Assembly (NCBI GenBank): GCA_900766785.1
Contig: CAAFWT010000057.1
Location: forward strand, 1-40,392
Direction: 5' to 3'
Source of the DNA: an uncultured Paraprevotella sp.
GTDB lineage: Bacteria; Bacteroidota; Bacteroidia; Bacteroidales; Bacteroidaceae
DNA length: 40,392 bases
Shown: positions 32,177-40,392 of the stretch, piece by piece
Numbering within the stretch: the first letter of the stretch is position 1
Layout of the letters: each line of letters starts with the position of its first letter
Translations under genes and position numbers: made by a program
The notes under the pieces: generated by a model
Database searches by the model: none
What the model was told of the DNA's origin: nothing
Seen by the model: the letters and a program-made list of their open reading frames with translations, nothing else

Positions 32177-33346
32177 TTATTTAGCACGCTTTGCACGCTT
32201 GTTAATATTACTCTGAACGAAACAGTAGTCAATCAAGGGAGCAAACAGGTTCATCAGCAGAATGGCAAGCATCATGCCCTCGGGATAACCGGGATTGAGA
32301 ACTCTCACCAACACTGCTACCACACCTATCAGGAATCCATAGACATACTTGCCACACTCGGTACGGGCACTGGTCACAGGGTCTGTGGCCATAAACACAG
32401 CACCGAAAGCAAATCCACCCAGTACCAGATGCTGGTACCAGAGAATGTGATTTCCCTCTACTCCCTGAAGCAGGAAGCCCATCAATGCTCCACCTGCAAA
32501 CACACTCAGCATGGTCTTCCAACTGGCCACGCCTGTCCACAGAAGTAGGATGGCACCCAAGCCGATGGCTATCACACTGGTCTCACCTATAGAGCCGGGA
32601 ATCAATCCCACGATGGCATCCTGTATTGTCTGGCAGTCAAAACCCTGGAAGCCAGACTCGACAGCTGCTCCAAGAGGAGTGGCTGAGGTGGTCACGTCGG
32701 CCAGATTATTGCCCAAACCGCATATCTGGTCCTGGGCCACCCATACCTTGCTGTCACCTGTCATGGAAGAAGGATAACTGAAGAACAGGAATGCACGGGT
32801 GATGAGAGCAGGATTGAAGATGTTCATACCTGTACCGCCAAAGATCTCCTTGGCAAAGATCACACTGAAGGCTACTGCTATGGCCAGCATCCACAGGGGA
32901 GTGCTCACGGGAACTATCATGGGAATGATGATACCTGATACCAGGAAACCCTCCTGAATCTCTTCATCTTTCCATTGGGCTACAACAAACTCAATACCAA
33001 GACCCACCACGTAGCTCACCACTATCTTGGGCAGTACAGCCAGGAAACCAAAACCGAATATCTCCCAGAAGGAAGCACTCTCGAGTGTGCCGGCTGAGAG
33101 ATAATTCTGGTAACCCACGTTGTACATGCCGAAAAGCAAGGCCGGTACAAGGGCAAGCACCACGAAACTCATGATACGCTTGCTGTCAATGGCATCGTGA
33201 ATGTTCACGCTACCCACACGGGAAGTGGTATTGGGAACGAAGGCAAAAGTCTCAAATCCATCCACCAGACTGCGAAAGGCATGATACTTGCCTCCCTTTT
33301 CCACGTAGGGCTTTATGTGATCAAATAAATTTCTGATTGCTTTCAT
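32177..33346 (-). CDS. nqrB: Na+-NQR subunit B
   Basis: A polytopic membrane protein with the SGATP-like FMN site region (TSATPLG), and the gene order fits. Confidence 0.9.
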   Translation of the reverse strand: MKAIRNLFDHIKPYVEKGGKYHAFRSLVDGFETFAFVPNTTSRVGSVNIHDAIDSKRIMSFVVLALVPALLFGMYNVGYQNYLSAGTLESASFWEIFGFGFLAVLPKIVVSYVVGLGIEFVVAQWKDEEIQEGFLVSGIIIPMIVPVSTPLWMLAIAVAFSVIFAKEIFGGTGMNIFNPALITRAFLFFSYPSSMTGDSKVWVAQDQICGLGNNLADVTTSATPLGAAVESGFQGFDCQTIQDAIVGLIPGSIGETSVIAIGLGAILLLWTGVASWKTMLSVFAGGALMGFLLQGVEGNHILWYQHLVLGGFAFGAVFMATDPVTSARTECGKYVYGFLIGVVAVLVRVLNPGYPEGMMLAILLMNLFAPLIDYCFVQSNINKRAKRAK

Positions 33347-33357
33347 ATCGTATATCT

Positions 33358-34686
33358 TTAAGCATTTTCCTTTCTCAGGATATCAAGACCCTGGCGTACG
33401 ATGCGCTGCAACTCCAGTTTAGAGCTGTCCACAAATTCTGCAATGGCAAAATCCTCGGGTGCAACCTCGTAGATGCCCAAAGCCTCCTGACGGTCAATAT
33501 CACCTGTAATGATAGCTTTCACCAGATAACCCGCATAGATATCCATGGGGAACACACGGTCATACTCTCCGCTCATTATCATGTGACGCTCGCCACCCTT
33601 TACACGCGCATCCATTACATATTCCTTCTTCTTGCCCAGAAGCCAGCTGAAGTAACTGCGATGTGTGCTGAAGGTGCCAAAGCGAGGACTGATCCATCCA
33701 AGGAACTCATCGGCATGGTCTCCCTCGGGAATCACGTTCACTTCCGTTGCATGAGCTGCCAGATAAGCATCGGCAGTGGTCTTCATGCCTGTCATCACAT
33801 TACCATTGATGATGCGAGAACCCTGAAGGTTGGCCTTGCCATCCAGCAGGCTGTTGAGCTTCTGTCCTACCTTCACCTGATAATAGGCAGGAGCGTTCAC
33901 CTCGCTGCCCGCCAAGGCAATGGTACGGGTGAAGTCCACTTGGCCTGTCAGCATCAGACGACCCACGAAGATAACCTCTTCGGCACCAAGTGTCCATACC
34001 ACCTCACCCTTGTTGATAGGAGAAATGTGATTGATGTGAACACCTACATTTCCTGCTGGAGCAGGACCATCGAAGACGGTCACTTCACAGTCTTTGGCTT
34101 GCAACAAAGCCTCACTCGTCTGCTTGGCACTTACGCCCAGATGCACCTTGGCTATCTTGGAAAGTGCTGTCAGACCTGCCTGGAATGCTTTCTCCTGTCC
34201 CTTGAGGATGTATTCGAAATCCTGGCTGAGGGGCATGCTGTTGAATGCACTCACGAAAATGGCCTTCGGCGTATCCGCAGGAGAAGCTACGACATCATAA
34301 GGTCTCTGACGGAAGAACGCAAACAGACCGCTCTCAAGAAGCAGGTTCTTCACGTCGCCCTTGATGTCAAACTGGCGTGCCTCCTGCTTTTCGTCGGCTT
34401 GCACACGTATGGCAAGCAACTTCCTGCGATCACCACGCTCTACCTGAGAAACAGTTCCGCTGACCGGACTCACGAATTTAACCTCGGGGTGGAGCTTGTC
34501 TGTAAAGAGGGCATCACCAATCTTTACGGCATCACCTTCCTTGACCACCACTCGGGGTTTCAGACCTGGAAAATCATCAGGGCAGAGTGCATACTCCTTG
34601 CATTGAGATGCTGTGGAGGTCTGCAGCAATGCCTTTCCTTTCAGATTGACGTCCAGGCCCTTTCTTAATTTGATTACCTTTGTCAT
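33358..34686 (-). CDS. nqrA: Na+-NQR subunit A
   Basis: At 442 aa, MTKVIKLRKGLDVNLKG.A is a typical NqrA start. It is the first gene of the operon. Confidence 0.9.
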   Translation of the reverse strand: MTKVIKLRKGLDVNLKGKALLQTSTASQCKEYALCPDDFPGLKPRVVVKEGDAVKIGDALFTDKLHPEVKFVSPVSGTVSQVERGDRRKLLAIRVQADEKQEARQFDIKGDVKNLLLESGLFAFFRQRPYDVVASPADTPKAIFVSAFNSMPLSQDFEYILKGQEKAFQAGLTALSKIAKVHLGVSAKQTSEALLQAKDCEVTVFDGPAPAGNVGVHINHISPINKGEVVWTLGAEEVIFVGRLMLTGQVDFTRTIALAGSEVNAPAYYQVKVGQKLNSLLDGKANLQGSRIINGNVMTGMKTTADAYLAAHATEVNVIPEGDHADEFLGWISPRFGTFSTHRSYFSWLLGKKKEYVMDARVKGGERHMIMSGEYDRVFPMDIYAGYLVKAIITGDIDRQEALGIYEVAPEDFAIAEFVDSSKLELQRIVRQGLDILRKENA

Positions 34687-34721
34687 ATCAAGAACAAAAT
34701 AACGTTACCTTAAAATTGCTG

Positions 34722-34729
34722 CAAATTTA
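34722..34729 (-). promoter_or_regulatory. -7 promoter box (TAAATTTG) for the nqr operon
   Basis: The minus strand reads TAAATTTG 36 nt upstream of the nqrA ATG at 34686. Confidence 0.5.
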
Positions 34730-34771
34730 CTTAAAAAAAGCGATTTGCTCTTGAAAACCGAAATTTATTTG

Positions 34772-34779
34772 TACTTTTG
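34772..34779 (+). promoter_or_regulatory. -7 promoter box (TACTTTTG), candidate tamB promoter
   Basis: Matches TAnnTTTG about 80-125 nt upstream of the possible tamB starts. Confidence 0.35.
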
Positions 34780-34903
34780 AACCGCTTATTCAAGTACATG
34801 AGCGCACATGTTTGTGCGCGGAACCGCATTTTTGTGCATTACATCTTAAATATAAAGGCTTATCAAAGCACTCAAATACCTGTTTCGCCTCTGTCTGCTG
34901 GTT

Positions 34904-37900
34904 TTGCTCGGGGGCTACCTCATATTGCTGGGACTCACTGCAATACCGTCCGTGCAGCAATGGCTGGCAAGCATCGCAGCAGATATGCTTGCGGAGCGCA
35001 TAGGTACGCATGTACATGTGCGACGCATAAGGGTGGGGCTTCCAGGAAGGCTCATCGTGGATGGACTGCAGATTTATGACCAGAGAGACAGTCTGATGCT
35101 GCATGTGCCACGAGTGGCTGCCAAGGTGGATGTCACCCCTTTGCTTGAGAAACAGATATGCATCAGCAATGCCCAACTCTTCGGTGCACGTGCTACCTTA
35201 TATCATGCTGTTCCCGACAGCGCTCCCAACTGGCAGTTCCTCATCGATGCCTTCAGCAACCCTTCCGATACCACATCCTCACCCATCAACCTACGTATAG
35301 GGTCTCTCCTGGTCCGACGATGTCAGGTGAGATATGACCGGCTGTATGAACCGCGTATATGGGGTAGGCTGGACAAGAATCATTTGGCAGTTTCTGATTT
35401 GAGCATCACGGCACGTCTGGGACATCTTACCCCAGACTCCCTGAATGTGACGTTGAAGAAGTTCGCTTGTCGCGAACAGAGTGGGTTGGAACTGAACAAG
35501 CTGATGTTCAAATTGGTGGGGAACCGCGATTCATTGCTTATGACCGACCTGGAAATCCAGTTGCCACACAGCATACTCACCATTCCTGAGCTCTCTGCAT
35601 CCTATCCCGGACTACCAGTGAAGGGAGAGCCTGTCACCTCTTGGCTTGACCAGATAGAGATGAAAACGGATGTCCGCCTCGAGGTGGTGCCTGCCGATCT
35701 GGCTGCACTCGTACCTGCTCTGCGAAGCGTACGTGACACCTGGACGTTGTCTTCGCAAATCCTCTTGAGCCCAGAGGGAGCGATGACTCTTCCCCATCTT
35801 CATGTATCTGAGGCAGAAGGGCAACTCACTCTCATGGCAAGTATTCTGTCGGGCAACCTCTTTCATCATCCAACGGCCGACATTCATATTCTGGAGCTGG
35901 ATACCAAACGTGAACTCTGGACCACTCTGCCAGAAATCTTACCCCCTATGAAGGCCTCGCTGGTCAGTCGACTTCAGTCCCTGGGCAGCACTCGTTCGAG
36001 TGGTACTCTCCACTATAGTAAAAGTGAGGTACGCACAGATATGGATATCCGTACGGAGGCAGGCAAAATGCATCTCGAAGGAACACTGTCGGACAGGAAC
36101 CGTATCATGGCAGACCTCCGACTGGAAGATGCACATCTGGATGCATTCATGGATGGCACCACGGCATCGCCTGTAAATCTTTCGGCCACGGCTTCTCTAC
36201 AGGGAGATATCAAAGGTGCTGGTAACCGTCCCTCCATACATGCCACTGGGCATATACAGTCGCTCACCTTCCATCAGCATACTTATCACGACATTCCCTT
36301 CAATGCATCTGCACAAGAGTATGATTATGACTTGGGACTTCATATTCATGAAGAGCAAGGGGAAGCCACACTGGAAGCCCATGCCTGCCTGCCGCCTGCC
36401 GGTCCCAGGAGTCTGGATATCACGGGCGACCTGGTTCAATTCAATCCTTCGGCTCTTCACCTTACCGAGGCCTTGGCAAACGAGAGCATCACAGGCAAGA
36501 TACTGGCTCAACTGGCCATGCATGATGCTGGCCAGCCCGAGGGAGACATCCTGATTACGGGACTGTCTGTGTTTGCCCCCGACAAGGGAACGCTTGACAT
36601 TGGCGATATCCATTTGTCCTGTCACTCACAGTCAGGATATCAGCAGGTGAGGTTGCAGAGTGACATCGTCCAGATGGAAGCCTCGGGCACGTTCAGATGG
36701 AAAATGCTTCCACAAGCCATCTTAAGACTCACCCACAAGCATCTGCCCAGTCTCATAGCAGCACCTGGCACATGGAACGAATCAGAAGAAGTGGATCTGG
36801 ACTTCAATATGCATATCCAGGACACCTGTGTAATAAGCCGACTGACAGGCAGAGAGATTTCCATACCTAAGGAGGCAACCCTGAACGGATACATACACAG
36901 CGGTGTAAGTCTGCTGGAAGTGGACGGACAGATTCCTCAGATGAGTCTTGGGAACGAACATTTCCTTAATACCAACCTGCGTGTGGAATGTACAGAACGG
37001 AATGTGCAGGCAAGCATGCGCTCCCAGAGAATGGTGAAGGACAAACCCGTGGACGTGGATATCGCTGCCTATACAGAGAACGACCGGCTGTCGGCACAAA
37101 TCATGTGGGACAATAAAGTGCAACATCAGCACAAAGGAGCCTTGAGCATGGTCACCAATTTCCGTAAGGATGTGGATGGGAAGACTGCCATCTCTGCCCG
37201 CCTGAATCCTACAGAAGTGGTTATCAGTGACACTGTGTGGCATATCCATCCCGGTACCATCCAATGGCATAGAGGTATGGCAGATATCCATGATGTAAGC
37301 CTCTCAAACAATGACAGATATCTGGCACTCAACGGAAGAATCTCCAGTCAGGAGGCAGATACACTTACCGTGGATGTGAAGGACTTTGATTTGTCCTATC
37401 TCTTCAATCTGGTCAACTTCCACGCTGTGGATTTCAAGGGATATGCCACCGGTCGTATCTATGGGCAGAATCTGCTGGCGACACCCAAGGCAGACGCCTT
37501 CCTGCAAGTGCATGACTTTACCTTCAACGATGCTCGTATGGGCAACATGGATGTACATGTCAACTGGGGAGTGCAGCCTAAAACCATACAGCTGGATGCC
37601 TACATACAAGATGCTCCAGCACGCCAGCAGACCATGGTCAGGGGAAGGATAACACCTGGGCATGCTCCGGGTTCGGGACTTGACCTGGATATCCATACAC
37701 AGCGTATGGACCTCAGATTCCTGCATCGGTATGCCTCATCTATCTTCAGCAAGATGGAAGGACGGATTACGGGAGACTGCCGTGTGTTTGGTCCCTTCAA
37801 AGGTATCAATCTGAGAGGACAGGTAGTGGCAGAGGAAGCCACCGTGCGAGTGGCTGCGCTGGGTGTGGATTATCATTTGTCGGGTGATAGTGTCATCCTG

Positions 37901-39334
37901 GTGCCCGATACCATCCGTTTCCCAGGAGCCACCATTTATGACTATCTGGGAAATCCCGGATACACCGAGCATGCTGCCCGCATCAGAGGAGAACTGACCC
38001 ATCACAATCTCAAGCGGATGTCTTATGACGTACATGTGGATGCCGAGAATATCCTTGGATATAATTTCCCCAAGATGGAAGATCTGAGTTTCTGCGGAAC
38101 CGTCTTTGCCACAGGTACAGCCCATGTGTATGGTGAACCGGGAAGTGTGAACATTGATGTCAAAGCCACACCTCAAAGCGGTACCACCCTGGTGTATGAT
38201 GCTTCATCACCCTCCACCGTTACAGACACTCATTTCATCACATACGTCTCACATACCGACAGCCTGAACCGCCAATCCCGTCAGGAAGAAAGCGAAGAGG
38301 AATCCAACAGTAGCGATATGCGGCTCAACTTTGATTTGGACATCACCCCCGAAGCCTCCATGCAGGTTCTGATGGATGCCAAATCGGGAGACTATATCAA
38401 CCTGTATGGCAACGGCAGGATACTGGCCAATTATTATAATAAAGGTAAGTTCCAGATGTATGGTACGTACAGGGTCGACCACGGATTATATAAGTTGTCT
38501 CTCCAGGATGTGATACGCAAGGACTTCACTTTCCGCCGCGATGGTACCATCACCTTTGGTGGTGCTCCTGGCAAAGCTGCCTTGCAACTCTCAGCGGTAT
38601 ATACCGTACCCAATGTCTCTCTGGAGGACCTCTCCTCCAGTAGTCTCGGACTGTCCAACACCCGTGTGGATTGCATCATGAATATAGGTGGCGAGGCTTT
38701 CACTCCTGTAGTCTCCTTCGATTTTGACCTTCCCAATGCCAATGAGGATGAGAAACGCATGGTGCGCTCTATGCTCAGTACCGAAGAGGAAAAGAACATG
38801 CAGGTGATATACCTGTTGGGAATAGGCAGGTTCTATAATCAGAACGCACAGTTCCAAAATGCAGGAAGCCAAAGCGGAACAGCCATGAACTCTCTGATAA
38901 GCAGTACGCTAAGCAGTCAGTTCAACCAGTTCCTGAGCAATGCTATGGGTTCTCACAACTGGTCCTTTGGCGCTAATCTGAGAACCGGTGAAACGGGATG
39001 GGACCAGCTGGATATCGAAGGAATACTGAGCGGAAGACTGCTGAACAACCGATTGCTCATCAATGGCAACTTCGGATATAGGGAGAGTTATTACAGCACA
39101 AACAATTTTATAGGAGATTTTGATGTGCAATATCTGCTCACGCCCAGCGGAAATCTCTCCCTGAAAGCCTATAACCAGACCAACGACCGCTATTTCATCC
39201 AGTCCTCACTCACCACACAAGGCATAGGCCTGCAGTATAAGCGAGATTTCAACAACTGGCGACAGGCCTTCCGCCGCATACGTAAGTCCAAGGATGCAAA
39301 GGGGAGTGACAAGAAAGCCGAGAGGGGAGAGTAG
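34904..39334 (+). CDS. tamB: Translocation and assembly module protein TamB (DUF490-type C-terminus)
   Basis: A ~1476-aa protein with an N-terminal hydrophobic anchor, a long beta-rich body and a C-terminal block (...LINGNFGYRESYY...DFDVQYLLTPSGNLSLKAYNQTNDRYF...GIGLQYKRDF) typical of Bacteroidota TamB. The start is uncertain: TTG at 34904, while the frame is open from 34856. Confidence 0.8.
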   Translation: MLGGYLILLGLTAIPSVQQWLASIAADMLAERIGTHVHVRRIRVGLPGRLIVDGLQIYDQRDSLMLHVPRVAAKVDVTPLLEKQICISNAQLFGARATLYHAVPDSAPNWQFLIDAFSNPSDTTSSPINLRIGSLLVRRCQVRYDRLYEPRIWGRLDKNHLAVSDLSITARLGHLTPDSLNVTLKKFACREQSGLELNKLMFKLVGNRDSLLMTDLEIQLPHSILTIPELSASYPGLPVKGEPVTSWLDQIEMKTDVRLEVVPADLAALVPALRSVRDTWTLSSQILLSPEGAMTLPHLHVSEAEGQLTLMASILSGNLFHHPTADIHILELDTKRELWTTLPEILPPMKASLVSRLQSLGSTRSSGTLHYSKSEVRTDMDIRTEAGKMHLEGTLSDRNRIMADLRLEDAHLDAFMDGTTASPVNLSATASLQGDIKGAGNRPSIHATGHIQSLTFHQHTYHDIPFNASAQEYDYDLGLHIHEEQGEATLEAHACLPPAGPRSLDITGDLVQFNPSALHLTEALANESITGKILAQLAMHDAGQPEGDILITGLSVFAPDKGTLDIGDIHLSCHSQSGYQQVRLQSDIVQMEASGTFRWKMLPQAILRLTHKHLPSLIAAPGTWNESEEVDLDFNMHIQDTCVISRLTGREISIPKEATLNGYIHSGVSLLEVDGQIPQMSLGNEHFLNTNLRVECTERNVQASMRSQRMVKDKPVDVDIAAYTENDRLSAQIMWDNKVQHQHKGALSMVTNFRKDVDGKTAISARLNPTEVVISDTVWHIHPGTIQWHRGMADIHDVSLSNNDRYLALNGRISSQEADTLTVDVKDFDLSYLFNLVNFHAVDFKGYATGRIYGQNLLATPKADAFLQVHDFTFNDARMGNMDVHVNWGVQPKTIQLDAYIQDAPARQQTMVRGRITPGHAPGSGLDLDIHTQRMDLRFLHRYASSIFSKMEGRITGDCRVFGPFKGINLRGQVVAEEATVRVAALGVDYHLSGDSVILVPDTIRFPGATIYDYLGNPGYTEHAARIRGELTHHNLKRMSYDVHVDAENILGYNFPKMEDLSFCGTVFATGTAHVYGEPGSVNIDVKATPQSGTTLVYDASSPSTVTDTHFITYVSHTDSLNRQSRQEESEEESNSSDMRLNFDLDITPEASMQVLMDAKSGDYINLYGNGRILANYYNKGKFQMYGTYRVDHGLYKLSLQDVIRKDFTFRRDGTITFGGAPGKAALQLSAVYTVPNVSLEDLSSSSLGLSNTRVDCIMNIGGEAFTPVVSFDFDLPNANEDEKRMVRSMLSTEEEKNMQVIYLLGIGRFYNQNAQFQNAGSQSGTAMNSLISSTLSSQFNQFLSNAMGSHNWSFGANLRTGETGWDQLDIEGILSGRLLNNRLLINGNFGYRESYYSTNNFIGDFDVQYLLTPSGNLSLKAYNQTNDRYFIQSSLTTQGIGLQYKRDFNNWRQAFRRIRKSKDAKGSDKKAERGE

Positions 39335-39363
39335 TCCTGGGGTATCACCTAAAGCATGAAGGT

Positions 39364-40023
39364 TCAGAAACCATGGAAATCAGCCAGCAGCTTGTTGGCT
39401 CGTTCGAAATCAAGATTCAGATAATCAGTCTCTACATGATGGCAGAGAGGCTTAATGACCTCTGGAGCCAAACCTGTGGCAAGACCCACTGTGAATATGC
39501 CCGAACTCATGCCTGCCTGCAGGCCATTGGGCGCATCCTCAAAGACCATACAATGGTTCAATGGGGTCCCAAACACCTCTGCTCCCAGTAGATAACAATC
39601 AGGTGCAGGCTTTGAAGCGTGGAAGTCCTCTGCCGTTAGAATACGGTCAAAGAGTGACAGCAGGTGAGGCATGCGCATCTCCACCTGATGCATCTTCTTG
39701 TGATTGGAACTCGTTACCACAGCCAGTCGGACGCCATTTCTGCGCAAGTCGGAGAGAAATTCCAGGGCACCGGGGATAAGGGGGAAGTCCATCTTGCTCT
39801 CGAAGATGTTCAGTTGCCTCTGCACTTCTGCTCTTGTCTGGGGCGAAGGGATGAAATCTTCGAATATGGACTTCAAGGTGCGCCCTTTCACCCTTAGTGC
39901 AAAAGCTCGTCCTTCGGGAATAAGATCCTCGCCTATCTCACTCCAAAACTGAGTGTATTGTCCCTCTGTGTCAACCAGAGTGCCATCCAGATCGAAAAGG
40001 GCTGTTTCCAGATATTGTTCCAT
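39364..40023 (-). CDS. HAD-IA family hydrolase (beta-phosphoglucomutase-like)
   Basis: The start at MEQYLETALFDLDGTLVDT gives the DxDGT motif I, followed by VVTSS and a late EDAPNG motif. The upstream extension to 40104 overlaps the J-domain gene and is unlikely. Confidence 0.85.
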   Translation of the reverse strand: MEQYLETALFDLDGTLVDTEGQYTQFWSEIGEDLIPEGRAFALRVKGRTLKSIFEDFIPSPQTRAEVQRQLNIFESKMDFPLIPGALEFLSDLRRNGVRLAVVTSSNHKKMHQVEMRMPHLLSLFDRILTAEDFHASKPAPDCYLLGAEVFGTPLNHCMVFEDAPNGLQAGMSSGIFTVGLATGLAPEVIKPLCHHVETDYLNLDFERANKLLADFHGF

Positions 40024-40033
40024 ATGCCGATGA

Positions 40034-40392
40034 TTACTTGATTCCACGATACTTGAATATAATATCCTTTGCTTCTCCCACCATCTTGAACAGACGTTCC
40101 GCACGCAAGCGAGTTTCCTCGTCCTCAGTGGCTACGCGGTCGGGATGATATTTCTTGGCCATCTGACGATATGCTTGCCTCACTTCATCTTCACTGGCAT
40201 AGGGACTGATGCCCAAGGTGCGGTAGGCCGAAAGCACAGCACTGGGGATGACATCTGGTTGCATATCGGATGATGACTGCCCATTGTACGTTCTCCGTTC
40301 GTAATGGAAATGTACTTTGGGCCGTTGGAAGATACCTTCAGCCAGCCATCCAAGCATGTAGCCCATAAGGGCACCAACAAACGTATGGGTAA
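40034..40392 (-). CDS. J-domain (DnaJ-like) membrane protein, 5' end outside the window
   Basis: C-terminal J domain with HPD (AYRTLGISPYASEDEVRQAYRQMAKKYHPDRV). The frame stays open to the window edge through a Gly-rich hydrophobic segment (FVGALMGYMLGWLAEG). Confidence 0.8.
   Translation of the reverse strand, partial: THTFVGALMGYMLGWLAEGIFQRPKVHFHYERRTYNGQSSSDMQPDVIPSAVLSAYRTLGISPYASEDEVRQAYRQMAKKYHPDRVATEDEETRLRAERLFKMVGEAKDIIFKYRGIK

Overview
This 40.4-kb chromosomal segment reads as Bacteroidota, probably a Prevotella-like Bacteroidales genome. That placement is an inference from TAnnTTTG -7 promoter boxes upstream of many genes, T9SS C-terminal sorting domains, a SusE/F-like protein, a six-gene Na+-NQR operon and a Bacteroidota-type TamB. 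I count about 34 protein-coding genes. I saw no rRNA, tRNA, CRISPR array, transposase, integrase or recognisable defence gene. Most of the window is housekeeping: mtaB, two GT2 glycosyltransferases, radC, a DUF59 protein, lpxH, an M16 peptidase, a GH95 fucosidase, slyD, aroC, an EEP nuclease/phosphatase, a DUF45 metallopeptidase, a TrmH-family methylase, a T9SS-tagged GH31 plus glycan-binding protein pair, tcdA, nqrABCDEF, tamB, a HAD hydrolase and a partial J-domain protein. The only accessory-looking stretch is about 21.6-28.7 kb. It holds an RHH-S24 (LexA/UmuD-like) gene with umuC, an 0.8-kb structured gene-free gap, and an AraC-linked redox/hydrolase cluster that includes a 5'-truncated cupin. 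The most unusual signal is non-genic. Three arrays (1-120, 24466-24521, 28405-28460) carry 12-nt GC-clamped palindromes on a strict 22-bp register, separated by 10-nt pyrimidine-rich linkers. The core sequence is uniform within an array and differs between arrays, while palindromy is preserved. Arrays B and C bracket the AraC-linked cluster. Secondary oddities are an NqrC with an N-terminal zinc ribbon and a Cys-rich C-terminal tail, a small Cys-rich repeat lipoprotein, and mutually exclusive hairpins in the gene-free gap. I could not identify a complete novel multi-gene system. All functional calls come from reading the translations from memory of family motifs, with no searches run.
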